Counted from the stretch's first letter, positions 38,208 through 49,304 are shown. The stretch: DNA of 64,000 nucleotides from an uncultured Nannocystaceae bacterium (GCA_964519175.1 CAZFKC010000020.1:31963-95962); one strand, 5' to 3'. The notes: generated by a model from the sequence alone, not told the origin. Made by a program: numbers and translations.

Positions 38208-39563
38208 TCACTCGAGCGCGAGCGGCTCGTGGGGCTCGATCGCAGCGAGCCCGGCGTCGTGCAGGCGATCCCACACGAGCTTCATGGCCCACAGCGCCGC
38301 GGACCGCTGGACGATGCCACGGTCGCCGCGCAGCTGCAGGCGCAGATGCGACGTGCGCTCGGCATCGGCGACCGCGATGTGCACCGTTCCGACCGGCTTT
38401 TCGGGCGTGCCACCGCTGGGCCCCGCGATGCCGGTGATGCCGAAGGCGAGATCGCTCCCGAGCGATCTCCTCGCGCCCTCGGCCATCGCGCGCGCGACCG
38501 GCTCGGACACCGCGCCGTGCTCGGCGAGCAGCGCCGCATCGACGCCGAGCAGCGCTTGCTTCACGCGGTTCTGGTAGGCGACGACGCCACCTTCGAGGCA
38601 CTCGGATGCGCCGGGCACCGCCGCGAGCATCGCGGCCGCGAGCCCACCCGTGCACGACTCGGCGCACGCGAGCCGCTGGCCCGCGCGCTGCAGCGCGAGC
38701 ACGACCCGCGTGGGGAGATCGGCCTCGCCGATGCCGTAGACGCCCGGCGCCATCGCGGGCACGAGCTCGGCGTCGAGCGCCGCGAGCTCGTCGGCCGTCG
38801 CCGCGTGGCCGGCCTCGTCGCGCGTGCCCTCGAGGATCACCAGCACCTCGGGCATCGCCGCGCGGTAGTGCAGGAACGTGGCGGCCAGCCCGGGCGAGCG
38901 CGTGCGTGCCGCGGCGACGATGGGCTCGACGCGCTCGGCGACCGCCGACTCGCCGATGCCGAGCAAGCGGTACACTCGGCGCGCGATGGGGACGAGCGCG
39001 AGCCGACGCGCGAGCCGAGGCTCGATCTGCTCGCGCATCATCCGGCGCATCTCGCGGGGCACGCCCGGCATGACGAACACCAGGCAACGACCGAGCTCGA
39101 GCGCGAAGCCCTCGGCGGTGCCGATGGGATTGCTCAGCCACTCGCCGCCCTCGGGGAGCTCGGCCTGCTTGTGGTTCGCCTCGGGCATCGCCCGCGCGAA
39201 GCGGCGGAACTTGTCGGCCAGCCGCGCGAGCGCCTCGGGATCGAGCTGGACCTCGACGCCCGCGGCCTCGGCCACCGCGCGCGTCGTGAGATCGTCGGTG
39301 GTCGGGCCCAGCCCGCCGCTCACCAGCAGCACGTCACAGCGCGCGGCCGCGGCCCGCACGGCCGCCACGATCTCGCCCACGCGATCGCGCACCGTGGCCA
39401 CGTGCTGCAGCACCAGCCCGAGCGCACGTGCGCGTTGCCCGAGGAACGTGGCGTTGGTATTGACCGTGTCGCCGGACAGCAGCTCGTCGCCGATGCTGAG
39501 CGCTTCGATGACGTGCGCCCCGTTCGGCGCATCGGAGGGGCTGGGCTCGGGGCGGACGGCCAT
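38208..39563 (-). CDS. cinA: CinA family protein (MoCF-binding domain plus PncC-type NMN amidohydrolase domain), 451 aa
   Basis: Start at ATG 39563. [34 protein letters not shown]-terminal [12 protein letters not shown] and [11 protein letters not shown]. It ends 45 nt upstream of recA. Confidence 0.9.
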   Translation of the reverse strand: MAVRPEPSPSDAPNGAHVIEALSIGDELLSGDTVNTNATFLGQRARALGLVLQHVATVRDRVGEIVAAVRAAAARCDVLLVSGGLGPTTDDLTTRAVAEAAGVEVQLDPEALARLADKFRRFARAMPEANHKQAELPEGGEWLSNPIGTAEGFALELGRCLVFVMPGVPREMRRMMREQIEPRLARRLALVPIARRVYRLLGIGESAVAERVEPIVAAARTRSPGLAATFLHYRAAMPEVLVILEGTRDEAGHAATADELAALDAELVPAMAPGVYGIGEADLPTRVVLALQRAGQRLACAESCTGGLAAAMLAAVPGASECLEGGVVAYQNRVKQALLGVDAALLAEHGAVSEPVARAMAEGARRSLGSDLAFGITGIAGPSGGTPEKPVGTVHIAVADAERTSHLRLQLRGDRGIVQRSAALWAMKLVWDRLHDAGLAAIEPHEPLALE

Positions 39564-39637
39564 GCGAATCGTCGAGGACACGGTTCTGTCCCGATACTGA
39601 GCAAATGTCAAGTGATCGCCGAGGACAGGCGGAAGGC

Positions 39638-40471
39638 ATGGAGCAGCGCCGCAAAGGCCCTGCGGCGGCGCTTGGGCCGAAGGTGGCACTCGGCTACGAT
39701 GCGTTGCCAGTGCGGATCCGATACGCGGCCAAGACCGACGTCGGCATGAAGAGGACTCACAACGAGGACTACTTCGCGCTGATCGAGGACGAGCAGCTGT
39801 TCATGGTCGCCGACGGCATGGGCGGCCACGCATCGGGTGAAGTCGCGAGCAAGTTGGCCGCCGAAGTGATCGGCGAGTTCTACCGCCACAGCAAGGATCA
39901 AGACGCGACGTGGCCGTACCGCTACGACGCATCTTTGTCCTATGCGGAGAACCGCATGGTCGCGTCGATCCGACTCGCGAACCAGAAGATCCACGAGTCC
40001 GCCGGCAAGAACCCGCACCTGCGCGGCATGGGCACGACGATCGTCGCGTTCATCGTGAAGGGCGATCAAGCCTTCGTCGCGCACGTCGGCGACTCGCGCT
40101 GCTACCGGCTGCGCAACGGCTCGATCCACCAGCTCACGCGCGATCACTCGCTGCTCGAGGACTACAAGGAAGCGCGCCCCGACATGACCGAGGAGGAGGC
40201 GCGCAACTTCCCCCACAAGAACGTCATCACGCGCGCGCTCGGCATGCGCGACAACGTGGTGGTCGACATCTCCAAGGTCGATCTCGCCGACGGCGATCGC
40301 TTCGTGCTGTGCTCCGACGGGCTGTCGGGCATGTTGACCGACGACCAGATCCACGACATCACGCGTCGCCACGAAGACCTCGAGAAGGTGGTCTCGGAGC
40401 TCATCGATCGCGCCAACGCGGCCGGCGGCACCGACAACATCACGGCCATGGTCGTGGAGTGCTGCTTCTGA
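39638..40471 (+). CDS. PP2C-family Ser/Thr phosphatase, about 277 aa (start uncertain)
   Basis: [53 protein letters not shown] and [11 protein letters not shown]. Candidate starts are ATG 39605, ATG 39638, GTG 39683 and GTG 39710. Confidence 0.9.
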   Translation: MEQRRKGPAAALGPKVALGYDALPVRIRYAAKTDVGMKRTHNEDYFALIEDEQLFMVADGMGGHASGEVASKLAAEVIGEFYRHSKDQDATWPYRYDASLSYAENRMVASIRLANQKIHESAGKNPHLRGMGTTIVAFIVKGDQAFVAHVGDSRCYRLRNGSIHQLTRDHSLLEDYKEARPDMTEEEARNFPHKNVITRALGMRDNVVVDISKVDLADGDRFVLCSDGLSGMLTDDQIHDITRRHEDLEKVVSELIDRANAAGGTDNITAMVVECCF

Positions 40472-40473
40472 CG

Positions 40474-40857
40474 ATGGCGGGCGGGATCCCCGTGGCGGAC
40501 GCCGGCAACGATCGCAGACGGACGCCCCGCGTCCCGACCCACATCGAGGTCGACTACCGCACCGAGGGCACGTACCTCTTCGCGTCGATCACCGACATCA
40601 GCGCGCTCGGGATCTTCGTCCGCACCGACGATCCGCTGCCGCAGGGCTCGCGGCTCGAGCTGCGCTTCGCCCCGCCCGAGCTGCCCGGCGTCGACGCCGG
40701 CCCGCCGCTCGTGCTCGCGGGCGAGGTCGTGTGGGTCACGAACGGCGAGCACACCGGCATGGGCGTCCGCTTCCTCGAGGTCGCGTCCGGTGAGCAGGAG
40801 CGCTTGCTGCAGCTGGTGCGCGCCATCGCCTACCTCGACGACCGCACGGGCAATTAG
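40474..40857 (+). CDS. PilZ domain protein, 127 aa
   Basis: The ATG lies 2 nt after the PP2C stop codon. c-di-GMP-binding motifs RRRTPR (RxxxR) and DISALGIFV (D/NxSxxG). Confidence 0.8.
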   Translation: MAGGIPVADAGNDRRRTPRVPTHIEVDYRTEGTYLFASITDISALGIFVRTDDPLPQGSRLELRFAPPELPGVDAGPPLVLAGEVVWVTNGEHTGMGVRFLEVASGEQERLLQLVRAIAYLDDRTGN

Positions 40858-40911
40858 CGGCGCCCCGGCGCGGGCGTCCGCGCCCCCGCGTGCTAAAGAG
40901 GATGGTCGCGG

Positions 40912-42432
40912 ATGACCTGCCCTCGCCTGCTGCTCGCGCTCGCCCTCGCGACTCCCGCCTGCCAGTCGGTTCCGCCGCCGCCCGATGCGAGCGCGACCGC
41001 CGACGCCCTCGGCGACGCCGGTGGCAGCCCGGGCCAGGCCCCCGCGTCGCTGGAGAACCACCGCGAGCTCGAGGCGCGGATGCTCGGACGCAAGCTCGGC
41101 GACATCGTCGTCGATCGCGAGCGACTCGCCGACGGCGGCGAGCGCTGGCACACCAAGACCTCGTTCACGCTCGCGCTCGACGACCCCGGCGAGAGCGCGA
41201 AGCACACCGAGACCGAAGAGACCAGCGAGTACGGCCCGGATCGCAAGTTCATCCGCGGCACCGAGCGCACGCGCGAAGGCGACGTCGAGGAGTCGACCGA
41301 GATCGAGCGCGTCGGCGACGAGCTGGTCGTGCACGTGAAGGGGCCCGCCCACGATCGCGTGCAGCGGTTCCGCGTGCCCGACGACTACGACAGCGACCTG
41401 CGCGTCATCGACCGGCTGCGCCGCGAGGTACAAGACGGCGCGAAGCTGCCGCACGGCACCACCTACAGCTCGTTCGACGACGACGCGATGCGCTTCGAGA
41501 CCGTGCGCGTCACGCTGCTCGGACGCAAACGCGTCGGGCTCGGCACCATCGAGATCGACGCGTGGGAGATCGAGGAGATCGACGGCGAAGGCGAGCGCAC
41601 GATCGCGATCCTCGACGACGGCGGCATGCCCGTCCGCCTCGAGATGGGCGTCTTCACGGCCGCCCTCGCCGGCACGGATCTCGGCACGTCCGACGCACCG
41701 CAGGCGAAGCTGAGCTCCTACCTCGAGGTCGACGGCCACATCGACGCGTCGGCCGACGAGCTGGCGATCACCGTCGAGGTCGCCGACGACGATCCGAAGG
41801 CGCGCCCGATCTTCCGCGACAACGCGTACCAGCACGCGACCCGGGGCACGGCCGGGCGCTACGAGCTCGTGCTCCACTCCGTGCGCGGCGACAAGCTGCC
41901 GGCGCGCACGCTGCCGCTCGCCGCTCTGCCGGCCGACGTGAAGCCGCACCTCGAGCCCACGCCCACGAGCCAGTCCGACGAAGCGCACATCGTCGAGCGC
42001 GCGAAGAGCATCGTCGGCACGCGCACCGACGCACGCGAGACCGCGGTCGCGATCGTGGACTGGGTGCACGAGCACCTGGGCAAGAAGGACGGCACGCGCG
42101 GCGCGGCCACGGCGGTCGAGACGCTCGATGCGGGCTTCGGCGATTGCACCGAGCACGCGGCGCTGACCGTCGCGCTCCTGCGCGCGGCGGGCCTGCCCGC
42201 CCGCAACGCCGCCGGCATCGTGCTCGTGCCCGGCTTCTTCGGCAGCGAGGCCGGCTATCACGCGTGGGTCGAGGTGTGGCTCGGCGACTGGGTCGTGATG
42301 GATCCGGCGCTCGGCCCCACGCGCGCCGGTCCGCACTACATCCTGCTCGGCCACGAGGAGCCGGGCATGAGCTCGGGCGGCGCCGAGCTGGCGCGCCTCA
42401 TCGGGCGCACGAAGATCCGCGTGCGCAAGTAG
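40912..42432 (+). CDS. transglutaminase-like cysteine-protease-fold lipoprotein, 506 aa
   Basis: Lipobox LATPAC. The C-terminal transglutaminase core is GFGDCTEHAALTVALLRAAGLPAR...GYHAWVEVWLGDWVVMDP (Cys-His-Asp). Confidence 0.8.
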   Translation: MTCPRLLLALALATPACQSVPPPPDASATADALGDAGGSPGQAPASLENHRELEARMLGRKLGDIVVDRERLADGGERWHTKTSFTLALDDPGESAKHTETEETSEYGPDRKFIRGTERTREGDVEESTEIERVGDELVVHVKGPAHDRVQRFRVPDDYDSDLRVIDRLRREVQDGAKLPHGTTYSSFDDDAMRFETVRVTLLGRKRVGLGTIEIDAWEIEEIDGEGERTIAILDDGGMPVRLEMGVFTAALAGTDLGTSDAPQAKLSSYLEVDGHIDASADELAITVEVADDDPKARPIFRDNAYQHATRGTAGRYELVLHSVRGDKLPARTLPLAALPADVKPHLEPTPTSQSDEAHIVERAKSIVGTRTDARETAVAIVDWVHEHLGKKDGTRGAATAVETLDAGFGDCTEHAALTVALLRAAGLPARNAAGIVLVPGFFGSEAGYHAWVEVWLGDWVVMDPALGPTRAGPHYILLGHEEPGMSSGGAELARLIGRTKIRVRK

Positions 42433-44691
42433 TCATCCCGCCGGGAGCCGCACGAGCCGCGGCACCCGGGAGACGTCGATGTTGACCTGCACGCCCGCGG
42501 TCGTGGAGTAGCCGACGCCGACCTGCAGCGTGCCGCTCAGCGTGACGCCCTCGGCGTCGGGCAGGAGCGGCAGCTTCGGCGAGCGCGCGTGCAGCTCGGC
42601 GACGAGCTTCTCGTGCTGCGCGCGCCGACGCTTGCGCTCCGTCGGGCTCTTCGCGAGCTGCACGAGCCACTGCGCCGCGACGATGCGGCCCTCGTTCGAT
42701 CCGTCCGCGGCGATCTTCTCCAGCGCAGCGAGATCGGCGAGCGAGCCGGCCAGCGCGTGCAGCTGGATGCGCGCGTACTCGCCCTCGTCGGGCTTCTTCT
42801 GCACGAGCAGCGCCCACAGCCGCGCGGCTTCGGCGAGATCGCCGGTGTCGGCGAGAAGCGCGGCGAAGTTGTCCAGCGTGCGCGGGTCGGGCGAGTCGCC
42901 CTCGATCGCGAGCAACTCGCGGTACGCCTGCAGCGCCCGGTCCCGCGCTGCGGTGTCGCGCTCCAGCCGGGCACGCACGGCGTCCAGATCGGCCGCCGCC
43001 TGCACCCGCAGCTTGCCGTCCATCGTGGTCGGCAAGGCGGCGATCTCGCGCGCGGCGTCGGCGAGTCGCTTGCGATCGCCCCACTGCACCGCGACCGCGA
43101 TCTGCAGCTGCGCGTGCGCGAGCGCGAGCCCGCCGGTCGCATCCTCCGGCGGCGCACGGTCGGCGAACTGCAGCACGAGGCCGCGATCGGCAGAGAGCAA
43201 CGCCATGCCGAGCGCCGCGCGATAGGCCTCGCGGCTCTTCGGTGCCGCATCGACGAGCGCGACGCCCTTCGGCAGCATCGCGCGCGCGAGCGCGAGCAGC
43301 TCGGCGTCGTGCTTGCCGTCGGCGAGCGGCGCCGCGGCTTCGCCGAGCTCGAGCAACGTGAGCAGCACCTTGCCCAGCTCCGCGCCGTCCTGCTCGTAGG
43401 CCACGATGTCGGCGCGGAACTGACCGTACTCCGGCGCGATCGCAGCCAGCATCCCGGCGACGCCACCATCGGCGCGGGGAATCACCTCGTACGCGAAGTG
43501 CGTGGCCCGCAGGCCGATCGCCGCCTCGAGGTACGCGCGGTCGCGGTGCGACAGCTTCTCGGGTGCGCGCGCGATCACCTGGTAGGCGCCTTCGAGATCG
43601 AAGCTGGTCGTCACCACGTGGCGCGCGGCCAGCGTGACCACGCGCGCGTCGTCGCCGTGGGCCGCGAGCAGCTCGTCGATGGCCTTCTTCGAGTCCGCCT
43701 TGCGTCCGAGCTCGACGAGGGCCTGCGCGCGCGCGAGCTGCCCGTCGACGCCCGTTGCCGGCTTGCCGGTCACGAGCACCGCCGCCGTGTGGGCCGTCTC
43801 GACCTCGGTGATCCGCTTCGCCAGCGCCGCATCGGAGCCGGCGCCCGCCGCCTTCGCCGCGGCGAGCTGCTCGTCGCCGCAGCGCAGGTCGAGCGCCACG
43901 TAGCAGCTGCGGGCGAGCGCGAGCAGCTGGCTGCTCGTCACGTACTTCCCGCGCAGATCGACGCCGGCGCGGCGCAGCTCGACGGCCAATCGCGGATCGT
44001 CGCCGGCGACGCCGACCGCCACGCGATCGAGCACGTCGGGGATGTGGCGATCGCCCGGGTGCTCGCGCAGCAGCTTCGCGGCGGTGTGGCGATGCAGTGC
44101 GCCGGAGCGCTTCATCACGTCGAACGCGTACTGGACCAGCTCCATCGCGCGCGCCTGATCGGTGGTTCCGCCCTTGCCGCTCGTCGCGACCTTCGCGATC
44201 TGCACGAACAGCGTGGAGAAGAACGAGCGATCGTTGGCGAACATCGGCAGGTCGAAGAAGCCGTACAACCGCTCCAGCGCGCGCAAGCGGGCCAGCTCAC
44301 CGCGCTCGTCGGTCACCTGCGCCGACTCGGCCGCGAGCAGCACCCGCGCGAGCGCCACGACGGCGATCGTGCGCGCTTCCATCGTCGCGCCGGAGGGCAG
44401 CGTCTCCCACGCCTCGAGCGGTGCCTCGAGGGCCGACGCGTCGATCTTGCTGCCCGCGCCGAGCAGCTCGGCGACGGCCGGCGGCGCCCCCTTGCCGAGC
44501 GGAGGCTGCTCACCGGGATCGATCTCGTCCGCGAATGCAGCGAGTCGTTTCGACATGGTCTGCGCGGCGGACCCCTTCGCGTCGCCGGGCTTCGTGGTCG
44601 TCGGGCGGTCGCCGCGGCACGATCCGAGCGCGAGGGCAGCGAACGCGAGCGGGAGACAGAGGGCGGTCCGGGTGACGATACGGCGCAGCAT
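42433..44691 (-). CDS. large all-helical (TPR-like) lipoprotein, 752 aa
   Basis: Start at ATG 44691 (MLRRIVTRTALCLPLAFAALALGSC lipobox). Ala/Leu-rich, repeat-helical sequence. Convergent with the previous gene, with no spacer between them. Confidence 0.6.
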   Translation of the reverse strand: MLRRIVTRTALCLPLAFAALALGSCRGDRPTTTKPGDAKGSAAQTMSKRLAAFADEIDPGEQPPLGKGAPPAVAELLGAGSKIDASALEAPLEAWETLPSGATMEARTIAVVALARVLLAAESAQVTDERGELARLRALERLYGFFDLPMFANDRSFFSTLFVQIAKVATSGKGGTTDQARAMELVQYAFDVMKRSGALHRHTAAKLLREHPGDRHIPDVLDRVAVGVAGDDPRLAVELRRAGVDLRGKYVTSSQLLALARSCYVALDLRCGDEQLAAAKAAGAGSDAALAKRITEVETAHTAAVLVTGKPATGVDGQLARAQALVELGRKADSKKAIDELLAAHGDDARVVTLAARHVVTTSFDLEGAYQVIARAPEKLSHRDRAYLEAAIGLRATHFAYEVIPRADGGVAGMLAAIAPEYGQFRADIVAYEQDGAELGKVLLTLLELGEAAAPLADGKHDAELLALARAMLPKGVALVDAAPKSREAYRAALGMALLSADRGLVLQFADRAPPEDATGGLALAHAQLQIAVAVQWGDRKRLADAAREIAALPTTMDGKLRVQAAADLDAVRARLERDTAARDRALQAYRELLAIEGDSPDPRTLDNFAALLADTGDLAEAARLWALLVQKKPDEGEYARIQLHALAGSLADLAALEKIAADGSNEGRIVAAQWLVQLAKSPTERKRRRAQHEKLVAELHARSPKLPLLPDAEGVTLSGTLQVGVGYSTTAGVQVNIDVSRVPRLVRLPAG

Positions 44692-44851
44692 GCGGTCGAC
44701 TCGAGTTCTGCCACGTTCCAGGGCGGGCCGATCGGATTGCGGCGCTGCGTTTCGCTTTGACCCGCTGCACCGCGATTGTCGGTTTCGTGCAGCGGTAAGG
44801 TTCCAGATTCTCGGGCACGGTTTAACGCGAGCCCCTGGGAGGTACCGAAAG

Positions 44852-45703
44852 ATGTCGATGCTCCGCCGTGCAAGTCGATCGCTCGTGCTGTTCAGCGTGC
44901 TCGCCGGGTGCGGCGCAACGGTGCACCCCGGCGAAGCCGGCCTGAAGTACCGGGCATTCCGCAACCCCGCGTTCAAGAACGAGGTGCTGACGCCGGGCTA
45001 TTACCCGCTCCTGGCGTGGAACAAGGTCGTCGTCTACGACACGACCTCGCGCACCCGCGACGAGGAGATCCACACGCTCACCGCGGACAACCTCCACGTG
45101 CCGGTGACGATCGCGGTGACCTACCACCCGCTGCGCGAGGAGGTCTACAAGCTCCACACCGAGGTCGGGCCCGCGTTCTACGAGAAGCTGCTCGGACCCG
45201 CGCTCATCACCCTGACGCGCGCCGAGTTCTCGAAGCACATGCACAACGATCTCGCCCGCGAGAGCCCGGTGATCGAGCAGGTCGTCCACGACCGCCTGCA
45301 AGAGAGCACGAAGGGCTACCACATCATCATCGACCAGGTCGCGATCCGGCACATCGACTACGACGACACGGTCACGCAGGCGATCTCCCGCAAGATCGCA
45401 GTGCGCCAGCAGAGCGAGCAGAAGAAGTACGAGGTCGACATCGCGCAGCGCGACGCCGAGATCGCCCGCACCACGGCGCAGGGCCGCAGCGATGCGACGC
45501 GCATCCAGGCCGAAGGCGACGCGGCGGCGATCGTGGCCCGCGGCAAGGCCCAGGCCGAGGCCCAGGACGCGGTCACGAAGACGCTGACGCCCGAGTACCT
45601 GCAGTACAAGGCGTTCGACAACCACAACGCCTCGTACTTCTTCGTGCCGACCGGCAAGGGCGGCCTGCCGATCATCGTCGACGCGAAGTCACCGGTGAAG
45701 TGA
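44852..45703 (+). CDS. SPFH/band-7 (prohibitin-like) lipoprotein, 283 aa
   Basis: ATG after GGGAGG, lipobox LAGC. SPFH core TADNLHVPVTIAVTYHP...ITLTRAEFSKH...VAIRHIDYDD, followed by a coiled coil rich in AQ/AE. Confidence 0.85.
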   Translation: MSMLRRASRSLVLFSVLAGCGATVHPGEAGLKYRAFRNPAFKNEVLTPGYYPLLAWNKVVVYDTTSRTRDEEIHTLTADNLHVPVTIAVTYHPLREEVYKLHTEVGPAFYEKLLGPALITLTRAEFSKHMHNDLARESPVIEQVVHDRLQESTKGYHIIIDQVAIRHIDYDDTVTQAISRKIAVRQQSEQKKYEVDIAQRDAEIARTTAQGRSDATRIQAEGDAAAIVARGKAQAEAQDAVTKTLTPEYLQYKAFDNHNASYFFVPTGKGGLPIIVDAKSPVK

Positions 45704-45732
45704 GGGCCGCGGCGCGCCGCCGCGCCTCGCCG

Positions 45733-47754
45733 CTACTGCTCGCGGCGGCGCTTCACCCACGGCATCGGCGCGCGCTTCGGCTTGGGCACCGGCTCGGCAT
45801 TCAGTGCGGCCGAGAGCAACGCACCCGGGAGCTCGCGCATCAGGTTGAAGCGGATGCGATAGTCGAGCTGCAGGGCGGCGCCGTCGAGCTTGCGCAGCCG
45901 ACGCTCGAGCATCAGCTCGCGGATCGGATGCTGCAGCTCCGTCTCGCCTTCGCCGAGCACGCGGACGTTGCGGATCACCGGCGCGATCGCTCCGCTTACG
46001 GCCCCGTCGTGCGCGTCGAAGTCGGCGGTCAGCGCCATCGTGCCGGTCGAGATGTCGATGCCGAAGCGCCCGTGCAACAGCTCGTTGAGCTGCGCGAGCT
46101 CCAACGTCTCGACGCCCAGCCGCACCGCACCGTCGAGCGGCACGGACCCCGGTGAGAACTCGGCCTCGAGCGTCAGGGTGCTGAGATCCATGAACCTCGC
46201 GCTGCCGCGCAGGGTCGCGCTGCGCCGGACTTCGCCGTTCCAGCCCCGGCCGAGCCCCACGGCCTTCAGCTGCACGCCGGACGCGAACAAAGCGGTGGGC
46301 TCGCGCTTGGTCTCGTCGCGGTACTCGACACGACCGTCGATGATCTCGACCCGATCGGTCACGTACGGCAGGACCGAGAGCTTCTCCTGCCAGTCGGGAT
46401 CGAAGTTGAGCTGGCTGCGCTCGGGGCTCGTGCCGGTGACGAACACGAGCTTGGGCCGATGGAGCGTGATCGACTTGTAGGTCGGTACGCTGCGGTCCAC
46501 TGCCGTCTGATCGACGACGATGTCGAGCTGGTCCACCGCCACGAACGGGCTCTCGATCTCGCCGCCCTTGCGCTCGAGCTGCACGTCGAAGAACGACATG
46601 CGCCCCGCCGGGAAGTCGACCTCGATGCCCCCGACCGAGGAGACGTAGCCGTCGAGCGAGTCGAGCCGGCGGGTGAATCCCCGCAGCACGACGTTGCTGA
46701 GCACCTGCATGCCGTCGATCTCCACGAGCTCGTCGACCGCGGCGTCGCCGGTGAAGCCCGCGGCCTGATCGAGGTCGATCGGGAGATCCGCGCCCGACAG
46801 CATCGAAGTGAACAGCGCTTCGGCCATCGGGTGCCGCACGCGTTTCTCGCCGCGCCCGAGCAGCTCGAGCTCTTCGAACCGCGGGTGCACACGCCCGCGC
46901 ATGCGACCGAGCCCGACGGTGACCTGACCCGCGAGCGAGAACCACCCCTGCTCGACGTCCATCTCGAACACCGACTCGAACACCGGGTTGAGCCGGCGCA
47001 GATCGAAGCGCTCGAGCGCGAACTGCAGCGTCCAGCTCGCCGCGGGCGCCACCGGTGCGAACGAGCCCTCGACCGCGAGCGAGCCCCCGTCGCCGGTCTC
47101 GGCCTCGATCGTGTAGTGCATCGACATCGCGTCGCTGCGCGCACCGAACGAGGTGTCGTCGAGGCGCGCGCGCAGGCCCGTGAGCGCGACGAACGGCGGG
47201 GTGTCGGCGGCCGTGACCATCAGCTCGCCATCGGTCACGTCGAGCGAGCGCAGCAGCCCCGAGCGGGTGCGCTCGCGCTCGGGGCGACCCGGCCACGGCC
47301 GTCGCACGTCGAGCGTGATCGCGAGCCCGGACGCGACGACCTCCAGGCTCGGCGCACCGCGCAGCAGGTCGTGCAGGCGGACGTGCACCTCGATCGCCTC
47401 GACGTGGACGTGGGAGGCGCTGTCCGACAGCGGCACGACGTGCAGGCCGTGCACCGCGACGTCGCGGCCGAGGAGCCCCAGCTCGAGGTCGTCGATCGCC
47501 ACCGTGGCACCGATCGCGGTGCCGAGGCGCGCGGCCAGGATCGGCGTGAGCACCCACGGCGCCAGGAGGCGCAGGGCCACGAGCACGCAGATCGCCAGGA
47601 TGACGCGCCCGAGCCAGCGCCGCTGGTTCGCCGGCTCGACGACGGGCTCGAGCTCGGCGGGCGCCGGAGCTTCGGCGGCCGTCGTCGCAGACACTGGTGC
47701 GCGGACGGTCGTCGTGGATCTCCCTCCGCGTGGCCCGGGCGCAGTGTGCTGCAT
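45733..47754 (-). CDS. AsmA-like/DUF748-type membrane-anchored protein, 673 aa
   Basis: An N-terminal TM helix (WLGRVILAICVLVALRLLAPWVL) is followed by a long beta-rich region. The family assignment is by resemblance only. Confidence 0.6.
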   Translation of the reverse strand: MQHTAPGPRGGRSTTTVRAPVSATTAAEAPAPAELEPVVEPANQRRWLGRVILAICVLVALRLLAPWVLTPILAARLGTAIGATVAIDDLELGLLGRDVAVHGLHVVPLSDSASHVHVEAIEVHVRLHDLLRGAPSLEVVASGLAITLDVRRPWPGRPERERTRSGLLRSLDVTDGELMVTAADTPPFVALTGLRARLDDTSFGARSDAMSMHYTIEAETGDGGSLAVEGSFAPVAPAASWTLQFALERFDLRRLNPVFESVFEMDVEQGWFSLAGQVTVGLGRMRGRVHPRFEELELLGRGEKRVRHPMAEALFTSMLSGADLPIDLDQAAGFTGDAAVDELVEIDGMQVLSNVVLRGFTRRLDSLDGYVSSVGGIEVDFPAGRMSFFDVQLERKGGEIESPFVAVDQLDIVVDQTAVDRSVPTYKSITLHRPKLVFVTGTSPERSQLNFDPDWQEKLSVLPYVTDRVEIIDGRVEYRDETKREPTALFASGVQLKAVGLGRGWNGEVRRSATLRGSARFMDLSTLTLEAEFSPGSVPLDGAVRLGVETLELAQLNELLHGRFGIDISTGTMALTADFDAHDGAVSGAIAPVIRNVRVLGEGETELQHPIRELMLERRLRKLDGAALQLDYRIRFNLMRELPGALLSAALNAEPVPKPKRAPMPWVKRRREQ

Positions 47755-47849
47755 GCAGCGCGCCGCGCAACCCCGCGGCCGTCAGCCTTCGGCCTCGCGG
47801 TCCAGCGTGGCGCGGGTACGATCGGCGCTGTGGCGCTGGACCGCCCGCT

Positions 47850-49304
47850 TCACGGCCGGAAGCGGACGTGGAAGTGGTTCGAGTGGCCGCGCCAGTGGCG
47901 GATGATGCCGTGGACGCGACCGCGGCCGCGCGGGTACTGGAACAGCTCGTCGAGCGTGTCCTCGCTGACGCCCTGCTTCTCGGCGTGCTCGTACAGCAGC
48001 TTCTGCACCCGATAGTCCATGAAGATGTAGGTGACCTCGTCGGTGTCGACGAAGGCCTTGATGAGCGCCCACGTGCGCGGCACGTCGAGCGTGCGTGCAT
48101 TCGCGGTGCGGAACTTGGTCTCCTCGGCGTCCTTGCCGACGAGCACGTAGCCGATGTCGACGTCGCGACCGTGCTGATGGGAGATGTGCGGCGGGAACTT
48201 GCCACCGCCGCGCTTGCTGATGTCGCCGATGTGGACCTTCGGACCGCTCGGGCTCTTGCGCTTGTAGTCCGCGACCGCCTGCTGGATCGCGCGCACCGTC
48301 TTGCCGGTACCCCACGCGCCCGCTTCCCACTTCACGACGTAGTGCTTGCCGGGCGGGAGCTGGGTGCCGTCGGCCAGCCGACCGGTGTCGACGTCCTGCC
48401 CGCCGAAGCCGCGCACGATGCGACCGTCGGCCCACACCACCAGCTTCTGGCCCTCGCGGATCGCGTTGCGATCCTTCAGCTTGCCCTGCTGCCACAGGTC
48501 GAGCTCGCGCGGGCTCGCGCCGAACTTCTCGGCGATCGTGCCGATGTTCTCGCCGGCGGCGACCGTGTACTCGATCTTGTCGCGGTAGCGCGGAGCGATC
48601 TGCGGGCACACGCGGATCTTCGTGCCGACCGAGAGCTTGTCGGGGTTGGCGCGGAGCTTCGCGTTGAGCCGCAACAGGTCCGACTTGCGCACGCCGTAGC
48701 GGCCCGCGATCTGGGCGAGGTGCTCGCCGGGCACGACCTCGTGCGTGTAGATCGGGGTCTCGCCGCCGCACTCCTTGGCCTTGACGATCTTGCCGGGCTT
48801 GTCGTCGTCGGCATCCTCGACGCACACCGAGACGAGCTGGCCGATCGCGAGCTTGTCGGGGTTCGCGGCGAGCTTGGCGTTGCGATCCTTGATCTCGCGC
48901 TCGGTGGTCTCGTACTGCGCGGCGATGCCGGCGAGCGTGTCGCCCGCGGCGACGGCGTGCTTCTCGATGCGACCGTTCTTGCCGCACTTCGCCTTCGGCG
49001 GCGTCCGCGGAGCGTCGTCCTTCTTCGGCTTGTCGTCGTCGTCGCTGTCGTCGTCGGCGTCGAGCTTCGCCTTCGCGGCGGCAGCCTTGCTGCACACCTT
49101 CAGCTTCTGGCCGAGCTTCAGCGCGTTCTTGTCCTCGGCGAGCCGCGGATTGAGCTCGATGAGCTCGCGCTGCGAGATGCCGCGGGCCAGCGCGATCTCG
49201 CTGACCGTGTCACCGGAGGCGACGACGTGGACGCACGGATCTTCGCCGTCGGCCGGAGCGACCGCGATCGACCACAGGAGCGATGCGAGGATCCACGCTG
49301 ACAT
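47850..49304 (-). CDS. mepA: four LysM domains plus penicillin-insensitive murein endopeptidase (M74, MepA-like), 484 aa
   Basis: Start at ATG 49304 with a signal peptide. Four LysM-like units (H.V..GDT...IA...). Catalytic motifs HISHQHGRDVDI and HSNHFHVRF. Confidence 0.85.
   Translation of the reverse strand: MSAWILASLLWSIAVAPADGEDPCVHVVASGDTVSEIALARGISQRELIELNPRLAEDKNALKLGQKLKVCSKAAAAKAKLDADDDSDDDDKPKKDDAPRTPPKAKCGKNGRIEKHAVAAGDTLAGIAAQYETTEREIKDRNAKLAANPDKLAIGQLVSVCVEDADDDKPGKIVKAKECGGETPIYTHEVVPGEHLAQIAGRYGVRKSDLLRLNAKLRANPDKLSVGTKIRVCPQIAPRYRDKIEYTVAAGENIGTIAEKFGASPRELDLWQQGKLKDRNAIREGQKLVVWADGRIVRGFGGQDVDTGRLADGTQLPPGKHYVVKWEAGAWGTGKTVRAIQQAVADYKRKSPSGPKVHIGDISKRGGGKFPPHISHQHGRDVDIGYVLVGKDAEETKFRTANARTLDVPRTWALIKAFVDTDEVTYIFMDYRVQKLLYEHAEKQGVSEDTLDELFQYPRGRGRVHGIIRHWRGHSNHFHVRFRP

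Noticed and set aside
39564-39637. A LexA/SOS box upstream of cinA-recA.
   Set aside because: Neither the Myxococcus-type (CTRHAMRYBYGTTCAGS) nor the Geobacter-type (GGTT-N2-C-N4-G-N3-ACC) consensus fits. GGTTCTGTCCCGATACTGAG is only superficially similar.
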